Positions 35,651 through 49,800 of a stretch of DNA of 57,164 nucleotides are shown in pieces. Origin of the DNA: Octopus bimaculoides (taxonomy: Eukaryota); NCBI RefSeq assembly GCF_001194135.2, contig NC_068999.1:14371096-14428259 (forward strand). Direction: 5' to 3'. The position numbers and the translations under genes were made by a program. A model generated the notes under the pieces. It was not told where the DNA came from, made no database searches, and saw only the letters and a program-made list of their open reading frames with translations. Position 1 is the first letter of the stretch, and every line of letters begins with the position of its first letter.

Positions 35651-38239
35651 ATAATTGTTCTTTTCCTTTTACTAAGACTATTTAAAACTCTGCGATAGGT
35701 ACCTCCGACTGTAATGGAGGTCAATTTGTATAACGGAGAGAAACAAAGTCACATGTACTTAGACACTACGACACGTATACTTACAAGCTGTATACATACG
35801 CACACACACACACACACACACATATATACATATATACACATATACATACATAAACATACATATATGTANNNNNNNNNNNNNNNNNNNNNNNNNNNNNNNN
35901 NNNNNNNNNNNNNNNNNNNNNNNNNNNNNNNNNNNNNNNNNNNNNNNNNNNNNNNNNNNNNNNNNNNNNNNNNNNNNNNNNNNNNNNNNNNNNNNNNNNN
36001 NNNNNNNNNNNNNNNNNNNNNNNNNNNNNNNNNNNNNNNNNNNNNNNNNNNNNNNNNNNNNNNNNNNNNNNNNNNNNNNNNNNNNNNNNNNNNNNNNTAT
36101 ATAAGTGCATGTGTGTAAGTGTGCTTGTGTGTGTGTGTGTGTATCTGCGTCTCTGGGTGGGTGCGTGTAGAAAAGCATTTCTTGAATAACGTTTGAAAGG
36201 ATTTTGTATAGAAACCAAGTCATATATTCTAGAAATAATCCAAAGCTACTTCTTTCTGAATATGATTTCTGAATAAGAAAAGTATATATATATAATAATA
36301 ATCTTAAAATGCGTGAGTATATGTGTGTGCATTTGTGTACTGGTCGATGTATTCTCGTATCTATGCATAAGTTTCGTTATCTATATGTATCTATGTATGT
36401 ACTTTCAGTGTTTGATACCTCTCGTGTATTCCTTTATTCCTCTACATCATATAGAGTAGATTGGAATGAAGGATTTTACTGCTTTTCTTTTATGTCCTTA
36501 CTTTCGATATAATTATCTTATAAGAGAAAGATATATTTACAAACCAGTATATAAAGTGAATATGAGCCAACATTTTTATTGCTGTTCTCACTTACTCTCA
36601 TACTGTTTTGCACACTCTCATATTTTTTCGCTTTACTTCTATATCACTACACGGTACTCTTCCTATTTTATTCTCTTTCCGTCACTTTTATGTATATCTT
36701 GGTATATTACGTTTCTTTTCGTTCGTTCTTAATATATCTGTCTGTTACATTATCACTATATATTTATTTCATATATTTCTAAATACACTTTATTCTCGTT
36801 ATCATACTTTACACCATTTTTCATCAGTATATTACTATTTACTGCAGATATTCGTTCTTGAAACTCATCAAGTGACATTATCTCAATCTTTGCTTCTTTA
36901 TTTCTTTTATTTATCACGCCATTTGTATCGAGCCGTGTATGCATACATCCATCTATATATATTTATATATATATATATATTCATTTATATATTAATGTAT
37001 ATATGTACAGAGATAAATACAAACACACACACACACACACACACACACANNNNNNNNNNNNNNNNNNNNNNNNNNNNNNNNNNNNNNNNNNNNNNNNNNN
37101 NNNNNNNNNNNNNNNNNNNNNNNNNNNNNNNNNNNNNNNNNNNNNNNNNNNNNNNNNNNNNNNNNNNNNNNNNNNNNNNNNNNNNNNNNNNNNNNNNNNN
37201 NNNNNNNNNNNNNNNNNNNNNNNNNNNNNNNNNNNNNNNNNNNNNNNNNNNNNNNNNNNNNNNNNNNNNNNNNNNNNNNNNNNNNNNNNNNNNNNNNNNN
37301 NNNNNNNNNNNNNNNNNNNNNNNNNNNNNNNNNNNNNNNNNNNNNNNNNNNNNNNNNNNNNNNNNNNNNNNNNNNNNNNNNNNNNNNNNNNNNNNNNNNN
37401 NNNNNNNNNNNNNNNNNNNNNNNNNNNNNNNNNNNNNNNNNNNNNNNNNNNNNNNNNNNNNNNNNNNNNNNNNNNNNNNNNNNNNNNNNNNNNNNNNNNN
37501 NNNNNNNNNNNNNNNNNNNNNNNNNNNNNNNNNNNNNNNNNNNNNNNNNNNNNNNNNNNNNNNNNNNNNNNNNNNNNNNNNNNNNNNNNNNNNNNNNNNN
37601 NNNNNNNNNNNNNNNNNNNNNNNNNNNNNNNNNNNNNNNNNNNNNNNNNNNNNNNNNNNNNNNNNNNNNNNNNNNNNNNNNNNNNNNNNNNNNNNNNNNN
37701 NNNNNNNNNNNNNNNNNNNNNNNNNNNNNNNNNNNNNNNNNNNNNNNNNNNNNNNNNNNNNNNNNNNNNNNNNNNNNNNNNNNNNNNNNNNNNNNNNNNN
37801 NNNNNNNNNNNNNNNNNNNNNNNNNNNNNNNNNNNNNNNNNNNNNNNNNNNNNNNNNNNNNNNNNNNNNNNNNNNNNNNNNNNNNNNNNNNNNNNNNNNN
37901 NNNNNNNNNNNATAGAGAGAGAGGGGGTGGGAGAGAGATGGGGTGGGAGAGAGAGAGAGAGGGGGTGGGACAGAGGGAATAATAACTAGAGAGGGAGGGT
38001 AGAAAGAGAAGAATGATTTGACTGTGTGTGTTCTTATACTTTCAGATGATCATACGTGCATCTTTATGTCTGCCATCATTTTTAGTTGGTCTGTTCTCAG
38101 TAATCCCTGATTCCCCAACCATATTAATAAATCGCTACTGACAAACTTACCAGCGGTCGTAATATTTTACGACATAAACAGGCGTTATATCTGTTGTTAG
38201 ATAATTGTATATAAATGCGTGTATCTATATACAATATAC

Positions 38240-38291
<52 letters not shown>

Positions 38292-39338
38292 GTGTATGTG
38301 TAGGAATACATGTGTATATATGAAAGTATATTTGTAGGCATATATTTAAGCGTGCAAATACTTATATTACTTGTGTACCATAAGCATTTATATTTATAAA
38401 TATATATATGTATATATGTTTATTTAGCTTCTTGTTGAATACATTGTATATTCTCATTGTGGCTCCAGGCAATATACCTTTTTAAACTTTGGGGGAGACT
38501 TAGTTTTACGATACAGTTTTGCGGTCAGCCGAAGTTTTCTTCCTATCATTTCCCCAAAAAATATGCGGAATATATATTTTATGCACATTGACTTTATAGT
38601 ATTAAAGCCGTTGTGGGAGACATATTTTATCTCGTTTCCATATGTTTGTGTCTCAGGTTACATTGTGTGCTTCACTCAAATTGCAAGCGATAGTAAAACT
38701 AGCAATTTTGTTTTTGGCTTTTATTAATAATTCCCATTTGTTTCTTTTGATATATCTGCAAAAGGTCTATTTTCTTATCAAATATTACTTGGTATTCTAG
38801 ATTCTAGTTTTCTATTTGTTTTATATTTCCAATTTATTTTGATATGTGTATTTAAATATTGAGAAACGAATATGTTGTTATTCAAAAATACACACTACCT
38901 CATACAATGCAACTAACATGATAATATACTTCATCCTAGAGGACGTTTGCTAAAGTTTTACTAATACTTACCCGATGGCTTCTCCACTGCATTTTCTGTC
39001 ATCATTAAATCACATATGTATGTTGATGCTTTTTTCGACACACAGATCCTGTAGTTCATCGACCATGAATCTACATATCAGAGGATATTCCCTCTTCAAC
39101 TGAAGCATTTTATCGAGAAAAACACAAGCCTATATTACTCAGTTTCAATAATTTCTGAATGAGGGTGGCAAGGCTATATTTCGAGCGCGTATACTCAACA
39201 ATTCTTTCTATTTGATCATATAACTCGGTGAAGGTACCTTTATGTCGTTTGTAATTATACTGAGACAGTCGGTTCCCAAAACACAAGATATAATTTCTAA
39301 AACACTTAGATACTCATACACACACTGATATTCGCGTG

Positions 39339-39865
39339 AAAGTTCTCTAGGCGCCGATAAAAATCAGTTTGAAATCCTCTAGCACAAGGTGCATAGATCC
39401 CGATCAACCTGAAGGCCTTACTGTTATATGTCACATCAAGGTCGACCAGCCTACCTCCTGGGTCTACATAGACTGTACTTGACTACAGAGCCAATCCTTT
39501 TCGAACCAGTACTACTACGCCCCCTCACCCTCCAGTCCATCTAGCAGACATAATTTTCTCGTAGTCATTCAGGAGGGGCGAGAAGGTTTGTAGACAATCT
39601 GGCTTGGTCTCTGCAGCAACCATCACATGCATGTCATATGATCTGAGGTCGTCGAGGAAACTCGCTTGGTTCTACTTCGAGCTAAGAGCACGCATATTCA
39701 AGCACCCAATGTTAAGCGTAGTCATTCAAAACAAAAGAAAAGCAAGGGTTCTACTTACTCTTTGACTTTCCTTTTGTTGGTGATGTTGGGGCTGACCTCA
39801 CCATGAGTGAGGCGCCCTTTCATCTTGCTCCTTGTTAGACGGAATCGGAAAGAAGCACGTCATAT
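39339..39865 (-). mobile_element. Tx1/L1-clade LINE fragment (probable ORF1 end and ORF2 APE endonuclease start)
   Basis: From ATG 39725, one frame with three stops: MTTLNIGCLNMRALSSK*NQASFLDDLRSYDMHVMVAAETK...GGVVVLVRK...VDPGGRLVDLDV...FRLIGIYAP...DFYRRLENF. This shows the APE motifs N.R.L, .ETK, GV..L, DP.GR and .YAP. Confidence 0.85.
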
Positions 39866-40924
39866 ATATATNNNNNNNNNNNNNNNNNNNNNNNNNNNNN
39901 NNNNNNNNNNNNNNNNNNNNNNNNNNNNNNNNNNNNNNNNNNNNNNNNNNNNNNNNNNNNNNNNNNNNNNNNNNNNNNNNNNNNNNNNNNNNNNNNNNNN
40001 NNNNNNNNNNNNNNNNNNNNNNNNNNNNNNNNNNNNNNNNNNNNNNNNNNNNNNNNNNNNNNNNNNNNNNNNNNNNNNNNNNNNNNNNNNNNNNNNNNTA
40101 TATATATATATATATGTATATCTAAATATATATATATGCATATATAAATGTATATGTATATATGTATATATAGATGTACGTATACACATACATTTATATA
40201 TATGAATAAATAAGATTATTGATGTTTCGCTTAGCGTGGGTGAAACTTCAGTTTTAGAAATCAATATAGTGGTGATGAATAAAGCGTCATTGAGTAGAGA
40301 GAGTAATAAGAAATAAAATTTTATAAATTAGAATATGATAAAGAAATGGGTTTCATTAACTCCAAGCTGTTTCTCCAATAATATGCATTGAACTCGGAAT
40401 GAGTGATTCCGAATCATTTTCAAGCATCGTCGGAGCATGTAAAATAGTATAAGTTTATTTTGGACAGCATTTACATATATGAAAGATCACCGTTGAAAAA
40501 TATTTTCAACAATACGTGAGACATTGTATAGGGAGTTTGAAAGAAAATACAGTCTCCCAGATCGGTATGTACTGCATCCTTTTCCAAACATAGCAGTAAA
40601 ATAACGAAGCTCATTCCATGTTTTCCTTTATTTAATTACATTTATATGCGTTTTTGTGTGTGGGGGGTAGTCGGTGTGAGTGCGTGAGTGCGTGTATGCG
40701 TGTGTGCATGTGTGTTGTGCGTGCGTTCGTGAATACGAATATTTTATCTTAGTGTTTTTGTTGGAATCAAATTGTGTACCATATACTTGTGCCGGATTAA
40801 TGGCTATATAACCTTAATCATGATAAGTAGCCACGGTATGCAATTATTACATGAATGTTGTGCAGCCTCTGTATTTCCAGTCTTCCTATGGTTTGTTCCT
40901 TTTCATGTTATAATTTCTATTAAT

Positions 40925-40966
40925 GTAGCAGCAACAAAAACATCATCATCACCAACAACAACAGCA

Positions 40967-41022
<56 letters not shown>

Positions 41023-41044
41023 GACTACTACTACTACTACTACG

Positions 41045-41086
<42 letters not shown>

Positions 41087-41114
41087 GCTACTGCTGCTGC
41101 TGCTGCTGCTGCTG

Positions 41115-41178
<64 letters not shown>

Positions 41179-41205
41179 AGTACTACTGCTACTACTACTA
41201 CTATA
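40925..41205. repeat. (CAA)/(TAC)n/(TGC)n compound microsatellite
   Basis: Read directly from the sequence. Confidence 0.97.
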
Positions 41206-41478
41206 AGTATATTTTCACTGTGAAATAGGAGCATTGTATGTGCAAGATCCAATGTAGCAAATTGTTCGAATAGTGTAACTGTAAGATAATTTGAAAGCTT
41301 GTATACAATTAATTCGTCTGACATCATCGCGTTGATTAAGATATATAATAGAATCGGTTTTGTGCATATTTTTTTCTGTACACGATTCTCAGAAAAATTC
41401 CTTACAAGCATACTCAATAAGGGCTGATTCAAAAATAAAGAAGACCACGTCCAGAAATAGAGTCCGATCAATTCTGAG

Positions 41479-41522
<44 letters not shown>

Positions 41523-42888
41523 ACATACAAACAACCAAATACACATAAACGCAAATATTCTCATACATATCGGTGAAGTAATGAAAGCTGGAATTTTTGT
41601 AATGAGGAATAGTGTACATATTCAGATTTATTGATTTCTTATCAAATCTACTGTTCCGTGTATACAGATATGTCTACTTGATAGAGCAATTGCTTACCTT
41701 GTAAATAGGCATTAACGTTACACAGCACTGCATTAAACGTGGATATTATCCCTGGTTTCGTCGATATTTATCCCATGTATCAGGAAGAAACTACGTCAAT
41801 TCTCTACATATCGATATTTTTGATGATTGAGTAGATAACATGCATATCTGTGTGCGTGTGTGTGTATGTGTGTGTGTGTGTGTGTGTGTATGTATATGTG
41901 TGTGTTTGCATGTGCATGATCTTTTGTGTTTGATTGTATGTAGACACACCACGTATATGCATGCATATATAAAGATATAAATATATATGCATATATACAC
42001 NNNNNNNNNNNNNNNNNNNNNNNNNNNNNNNNNNNNNNNNNNNNNNNNNNNNNNNNNNNNNNNNNNNNNNNNNNNNNNNNNNNNNNNNNNNNNNNNNNNN
42101 NNNNNNNNNNNNNNNNNNNNNNNNNNNNNNNNNNNNNNNNNNNNNNNNNNNNNNNNNNNNNNNNNNNNNNNNNNNNNNNNNNNNNNNNNNNNNNNNNNNN
42201 NNNNNNNNNNNNNNNNNNNNNNNNNNNNNNNNNNNNNNNNNNNNNNNNNNNNNNNNNNNNNNNNNNNNNNNNNNNNNNNNNNNNNNNNNNNNNNNNNNNN
42301 NNNNNNNNNNNNNNNNNNNNNNNNNNNNNNNNNNNNNNNNNNNNNNNNNNNNNNNNNNNNNNNNNNNNNNNNNNNNNNNNNNNNNNNNNNNNNNNNNNNN
42401 NNNNNNNNNNNNNNNNNNNNNNNNNNNNNNNNNNNNNNNNNNNNNNNNNNNNNNNNNNNNNNNNNNNNNNNNNNNNNNNNNNNNNNNNNNNNNNNNNNNN
42501 NNNNNNNNNNNNNNNNNNNNNNNNNNNNNNNNNNNNNNNNNNNNNNNNNNNNNNNNNNNNNNNNNNNNNNNNNNNNNNNNNNNNNNNNNNNNNNNNNNNN
42601 NNNNNNNNNNNNNNNNNNNNNNNNNNNNNNNNNNNNNNNNNNNNNNNNNNNNNNNNNNNNNNNNNNNNNNNNNNNNNNNNNNNNNNNNNNNNNNNNNNNN
42701 NNNNNNNNNNNNNNNNNNNNNNNNNNNNNNNNNNNNNNNNNNNNNNNNNNNNNNNNNNNNNNNNNNNNNNNNNNNNNNNNNNNNNNNNNNNNNNNNNNNN
42801 NNNNNNNNNNNNNNNNNNNNNNNNNNNNNNNNNNNNNNNNNNNNNNNNNNNNNNNNNNNNNNNNNNNNNNNNNNNNNNNNNNNNNNNN

Positions 42889-42934
<46 letters not shown>

Positions 42935-43687
42935 TATTTGTACATATACATATGAGTACGAGATGTATATCTAGATATTGACATGTATAAACATCTGTGT
43001 ATATACATGTCATATATATGCATTTGTATGTATCTTCACATATATATCTTCTACTACTAAGCACTGACTTGCCCAACCATCTAATCCATATACCTAAATT
43101 CTTCATTCCACCATGTTACTACCCCTCTCTCACCCCCATCACTAAAAGTCTATCACTACATAACTGACACTCCTTTATCTTTTACGCTATTATACCTATC
43201 TCTCTACCATCTCCACATTCCTTTAATCTGACGCTACTTTACTCTTTGCTCTATCATGTTTTACACAGTAATATCTTTCTCTCTCTATAACCCAATAGAT
43301 CTCAACGCTGGGAATGATATTCTATTGCACATCCGATCTGGCACATGGAACCTCATTAGAGTGAAAAAAATACATAAAATAAATGAAGAGAACAGAAAAG
43401 AAAGAGCCTCGCGATGAGGAAAGAAGTCTTAATGTATTTGAATCATAACATTTTGCAGTGTAACACATCGAGGGACATTGAAAGCAGAAAATGCTGTTAG
43501 ACACTATAACAGGCACGCAGACAAACACGCACACGTACGCACACACGCAAACACACACAAACATTGTTATTGCCCGTATCCTATGAGTATAATATGATTG
43601 CATATGTATGCCCAGGGTTATCATAGGTAATTTATACCAGTCGTAAAGACAGATATTTTCGTCCCTTAGACTGCTTACTCTACTAAC

Positions 43688-43746
43688 ATTTACATATATA
43701 TATTTCACGCTTTTAAAAATAATATTAGCGGCGTCATCAGTGAAAT
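43688..43746 (-). ncRNA. Hammerhead-like motif
   Basis: Minus strand AUUUCA-CUGAUGA-CGC...GCG-U-GAAA-UAUAUA-UA-UGUAAAU: perfect core and GAAA, short stem II, stem I with one bulge. It is AT-rich, so chance is possible. Confidence 0.35.
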
Positions 43747-44212
43747 TATGCTGAGAATAGTGAGTGAATTTTCGGGAGAGGAACAAAATCAACGAACACA
43801 GCCAGTGGTACGTGTATAGCTATACCATCCAGATTAGATATATACAATATACAAACAAAAAAAAACAGTAATACATATCTAAAAGAAAAATACATGACGT
43901 GCGTATGAGTTAACGCATGAAAAATCATCCAGTGGAGTGGAAACGGAAAGTAGAAAAAGGTAGATTGAAGGAAAGGTGAAAAACTGAACTGCGACGAAAC
44001 GAAACGTTTGTTGTAGGCAGAGACTGAGACAAGCGTTACTGAACGAGTGAACGTCGGAGAATTGTAGAGGACAAAGAGGAGATAATTGTTACGGGTTATG
44101 TGATAACGGGAAGAGACCGAGTGGCGGAGGCCACTGAGGTAGAAAGCAAGAGAGAAGTAAGTTGGTGAGATAGGGAGAGAAGGAAAGAGAAGCAACATAC
44201 ACACAGAGTGGA

Positions 44213-44261
<49 letters not shown>

Positions 44262-44291
44262 AATGAGAAACAGACCGAGATGCGTTTGAAT

Positions 44292-44640
44292 GACTTGTTT
44301 CAGACAAGTAACTTGAGGCATCATGAAGCATCGCCTAAAAAGGATTTTGTCATAGAAATCGACCCCAGGATGTATTCTTTGTAAGCCTAGTAATTATTCT
44401 ATCATGCTCTTTTGCCGAACAGTTAATTACTGGTCCATCAGTTGTCAAACGATCCTGGGGTGACAAACGCGCATACACACACATATACACACACATATAG
44501 AGATATGGATTTTTCCGGTTCTATCAAATCAACCCACAAATATTTGGTCGGACAGAGCCTATAGTAGAAGACACTAGCCCAAGGTGCCAGATAGTGGGAC
44601 TGAATCCGGAACCATTTGGTTTCGAAGCAACCTTCTTAAC
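44292..44640 (-). mobile_element. tRNA-derived SINE family B, near full length
   Basis: Minus strand ...GGTTCCGGATTCAGTCCCACT...GGCACCTTGGGCTAGTGTCTTCTACTATAG..., an internal (TG)n tract, then ACTAGGCTTACAAAGAATACATCCTGGGGTCGATTT. The head matches 46801-46899. Confidence 0.8.
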
Positions 44641-46391
44641 ATATATTTCCTCAAATTATTATCACGCCAAATATATCAAGAGTTTCTTCACAAACCACTA
44701 ATACGCATAGCGAAACACATATTCATATGAATATGTACATTACACTATAAACTTCAAGATATTTTTTTGTGGTATGTATGTTTGTACTTGTTAGAATATC
44801 AGTGTCCGTTCGTGTTCTTTGAGGTACATACATACATGCATACATATATGAGCGTGTGTGGGTATGTATATGCTATAGAAATGCTTCTACCTTTATATAT
44901 ATGTACGTTCAAAACCATTTGCTATATAAAGTTTTTGTTGTCATCTCTTACTTGTAAGGAGACATAAATTTTGATAAATCATTTCAATAGTTCTTGAAAG
45001 GTCGTTGTTTCTCGTTCCAGAACTTGCTTACATTGCACAATTATTAGATTGGTTATTGCCGTGCTTAATAAACTCTAGCGCTTAGGTTATGTTCAACAAT
45101 GGTCAGTCAACTATTGCCTATTTATTCAAAATATTTGGCAATGTTTCGTAAAGTTTTATTTCACAATTTTTTGAAATGCTTCACAAGTCTCTCTTTTCTT
45201 TACTTCTGCTGAAACAAAACAAAATAAAACAAACATGTTTGTCCATTTCTAACAGACATTATCTAATTTTAGTTTAAGTTATATTGCGGTGTTGGAAAAC
45301 AATTGATTATCTTTCTGAAAACAATTTGATATTTTTCTTCATATTCTTCCACGTTTAATACTGTATAGCAAATATTCATACGGTGATAGTACTTTATAAT
45401 TAAACATACCGTAATAATCCATATGATATTTTATGTACCTATGCTGCATATTTTGGACAAGGTATTGTATCTCCTAATTAATGGAAACTGAATCGAAGGG
45501 TATCGAATAACTGCCCTGCATACGTCTTCCTTATCATTAATGTGGCGAAAATATCTGTTACATATTTTGTAGATTCGATAGTATGAATGAAATAATGTAT
45601 CACAAATATTAACATATCTTAATCCGGAAAAAAATCATTCTTAGTTGCATCACTATCATAGCATTTTGTAATTATGTAATGCATCATTGAGATAAGAAAT
45701 TTGTACTCGACACCATTACATAAAATAGAAATAGAAATAGAGAAAATTATGCCAGTTTAGCAGCTTCTAATAGCAGCCCTATACGAAACAATAACGTTAT
45801 ACACATTTCCCTAAAAATGATTTCGTGAAAAACAACTGGCATTACAGCAGATGTAATATATATNNNNNNNNNNNNNNNNNNNNNNNNNNNNNNNNNNNNN
45901 NNNNNNNNNNNNNNNNNNNNNNNNNNNNNNNNNNNNNNNNNNNNNNNNNNNNNNNNNNNNNNNNNNNNNNNNNNNNNNNNNNNNNNNNNNNNNNNNNNNN
46001 NNNNNNNNNNNNNNNNNNNNNNNNNNNNNNNNNNNNNNNNNNNNNNNNNNNNNNNNNNNNNNNNNNNNNNNNNNNNNNNNNNNNNNNNNNNNNNNNNNNN
46101 NNNNNNNNNNNNNNNNNNNNNNNNNNNNNNNNNNNNNNNNNNNNNNNNNNNNNNNNNNNNNNNNNNNNNNNNNNNNNNNNNNNNNNNNNNNNNNNNNNNN
46201 NNNNNNNNNNNNNNNNNNNNNNNNNNNNNNTGTGTGTGTGTATGTGTGTGTATGTGTGTGTGTGTGTGCGTGTGTGTGTTTGTGTGTGCATGTAAAAAAA
46301 TAATATAAATAATATGAATATGTATGTAATAATATGAATAGTATACTCATATATGAATATATATATACGCACACGTATATATGTGCATATA

Positions 46392-46737
46392 TGGGTACAG
46401 GACGTCACCAACTATAAACAACATGAATTACAAAATCAAGCGAGTCAAAAACGCATACAACGAAGGGGAAAAATTGAACTCAGGACAAGCAACATGAATA
46501 ACGACCTCTCATCAGTTGTCGGCTGTACGTCTACTCCTCATTTCGAGCATGCAACTCTATTCCAAGCCTCATGTTGTTGTTTATTGCGCGAAATAATGTG
46601 TAGATAGACTGCCGAGAGCTGAAGAAGTGTCATTTAACTTGTTATTTGTCATGTTTTCAATTTTTTTGTCATTGTTTACGTATTTAACTCGCTTATTTTC
46701 GTAATTCATGGTTACAGTTGGTGACGTCCTGTACCCA
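46392..46737. mobile_element. 346-bp fold-back/MITE-like element flanked by TA
   Basis: Outer 22 bp TGGGTACAGGACGTCACCAACT are perfectly inverted, with TA on both sides. The inverted homology continues at about 70% through 46392-46548 versus 46586-46737, around a 37-nt spacer. Confidence 0.88.
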
Positions 46738-46800
46738 TATATGCATACATACATACAAATATAAATGCACACACACAAGCACACACACATATATATGTAT

Positions 46801-46899
46801 AGGCGCAGGAGTGGTTGTGTGGTAAGTAGTTTTCTCAGCAACCACATGGTCCCGGTTTCAGTACTACTGGGTGGTTCCTTGGGCAAGCGTCTTCTAATG
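46801..46899 (+). mobile_element. SINE family B, 5' head (cut by a 10-N gap)
   Basis: AGGCGCAGGAGTGGTTGTGTGGTAAG (A-box-like), GGTTTCAGTAC (B-box-like), CCTTGGGCAAGCGTCTTCTA. Confidence 0.8.
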
Positions 46900-49800
46900 N
46901 NNNNNNNNNTTTCCTACTTTATCTTTCTAAAATTTCGTTGTGACTTGCAACCTTTTCAAAACTATTGAAAAGGTTGCACCGAAGTGATGTATGTCCTCAC
47001 AAACGCCATTTTGCACTGTTCAATATGTAGTGGCACAAACATTGTAAAAAAATAGAACCTATTAATATTAGTTAAAACAAGAACATTATAATGATTTTTT
47101 CTGAGTTGTATTGAAATTGCACATCATATATAGCATAAAATGTGTAAGCTGCATATGAACAAAGAGCAAGAACATCCCATGAAATACCTTTATTCTCTCT
47201 CAAATGAGGAGATGGCCTATTAACTAATGTAGGTTGGCGTAACTTTAAACCTCCAAAATGATATGCATCTACGAAAGTAATTCTCGCACAATTCTTGTTT
47301 TTTTCATATTTAAAAGCTAAACGCCTTTTTGTATTTCGGAAAATTTTGTTTATTCAATTGCAATTTTGAGAACACATTCTTCTCAGAGGAATATCAATTT
47401 TCCGAAAAATTGTTTAGATTTTAGCATCATTTTTGAGTACAGTATCTGTATCGTATACTTTTTAAATCTCTCTTCTGTTAATGGGAAAATAATGTTGTTT
47501 GTAACGTATTAGTCTCAGGGCTTTGTTTATCCTTAACACACAAATAATTAGAATATCACTGTTATGCTTATTTTTTTCTTGTCATTATTGTTACAAGTTA
47601 TTTTAATAAAGCCTAAAATGTGTATTTTGCATTTCCACTTTATGCATCATTTTATTATGTTAAAATGCACAGTAAAATCATTAAAAAAATACGGAGAGGG
47701 ACAAATCTATTATAAAATATTTTTCGGAGAATTTATCTTTTTAAATGTTTGAAACCACTAGCTGATATGCATTGCTGAACGATTATTGTGGTAAGTCCGC
47801 CCAAGACTTATTTTGATTAAAGCAACATGAATAATACATGGTATATTTAACAATGTTAGTATTATTTTAATAGATACCTATTGTTGTTTTTCATGAAATA
47901 AATTGTATCAACCAGTATAACTGTCTCAAATATCATAAGTTTTACTGAACTGAAATTCCAGAACTAAGTTCATTAACGACCACGAAGATTAAACTAAACG
48001 ATTGAACATATCGATGCAAAAAAAAAAAATCGACAAAAAATGTTTCGTTCTCTACTCTGAGAACGAATATTGCACCTTTTGCAACATGAATACCTTAATT
48101 TGTCAAACTTTTAGCACATTCTGGCCAAGAAGATCCACTGTATCTGTGCGCTTAAGCTACACAAACTCGAAATGGCTTCTGCCATTTCAAATCATTTGGA
48201 TTAGAAACGACACATGCTCTGTAACTGTATGACTGAACCATAAATTAAAACAACAAAACATAACATCCATTAGAATGTTTGGTATGGCCACTAAACAAAG
48301 ATTTATGGTGGGTGTGGCTTGTTGGTCACCGAGCGTTTTTCCGATAAAAGATGTATAATATGAGAATTCTACGAATGTGCTAAAAGGGAAAACAATCTGA
48401 AAACATTTATATGGATAATGATAGTGACCGACTAAATCAGGATCCTTAACATTATCATTATGATTATAATATTAGCATATCGTGGCTATCATCATCATCA
48501 TTATTTCCATTCTCGTTGATGTCACCATTGCCACGAATCTCCTCCTCATCTATTAGCATCATTATCAACATCGCTGTCATCCTCATTACCATTATGGTCC
48601 TGGTCGCCGCTGTCTTCGTAATCATCAACATCATCAAGCGTTTTCTCCTCCCATCCTTTTTGCATCAAAGGAAAACATCTTGATTGTCATCATAGAGCAT
48701 CTAAAGAGGAAACTGATGAAATGTATTGGAATAGAAAAAAAAAGCACATAAAAATATTAAGTAGAGAACAATCAATACAAAAAATTAAAATTAAATAAAA
48801 TAAAAGGAAACTCCACAGACAAGAATAAATGAAAGAAATCTCACAAATGATACATAAAGAAAAATATACAATATGAAAAATAAAAACGAGGACAAAAAAT
48901 ATGATTTTCTATAAAAAGGGAGAATTAAAATTCTGTCAGTGATTGTTTAATAAAAAACAGAAGTTAAACTGCTTGGTTCAGTGAAGGGAAAGACGAACAT
49001 GTTATTTGTTATGAATGTACTAATTTTAAATCATGAATATGATCAACAAAAATCAAGAAATGATTTTGTGAATAACGATAATTTTTTTCAAATTTAACGT
49101 CAAAAGTTCATCCCGGATTTTCCATAATTGATATGATTGTTACGTAAAAAAAAAAGTAGAGAAAAAAAATTAAATGAATTTGAATGTGTTTGAAAATAAA
49201 CAGGGAAATTGAATTAAAGATTTAACAAAAGAATATAAAAAAGTACTAATCTAGAAGTTTTGAGGTGAGACTATTTTATTTCTTTCGATGAAAACCATGA
49301 ATACAAATGAGATGGATTTATTAGCTGAACCAAAATACAAAAAACTGAAAGAAACAAAAATTTCATCGTAAAATACGTATAAAGAATTGAATTCACTAGC
49401 ATATTTTTTTTGTTTTCTGATGAACCATATGGAAATTTTATTATATTTTTCAATTCATTTGTTTATTTATTTTCCAATGCACAATTCAGTTTAATACGTT
49501 TCAAATTGTGAAAAGCTGCAGGGCAATAACTGTGTTCATGTGGGGACAATTGTTTAATGCTTAATAGATTTCTATTTAAAAAACATTTAACATCACCTGT
49601 TTATTACACTTATTAATTACATACAAATATGTGGGTGGGTGGGTGCTTATGGAAAGTAACATGAACATGTTTAAACTAAACGCGAAACATTTGGTATATT
49701 CTTGATTGTCAGAAACTTCAGATAGTTAGTTTCAATGATTTTCATTATTTCTTCTTTGCTCTAAATTCGTATTAAAAACTTTTTCAACTGTCGTTTTCTG

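Noticed and set aside
36330-36560. Weak inverted similarity around a central hairpin at 36428-36475
   Set aside because: Only about 60% identity in AT-rich sequence, so not distinguishable from chance by eye.
38151-38190. Minus-strand 40-nt exon candidate ending in GTAAGT (also a donor-like site near 41694)
   Set aside because: Splice-like motifs alone, with no linking ORF or homology.
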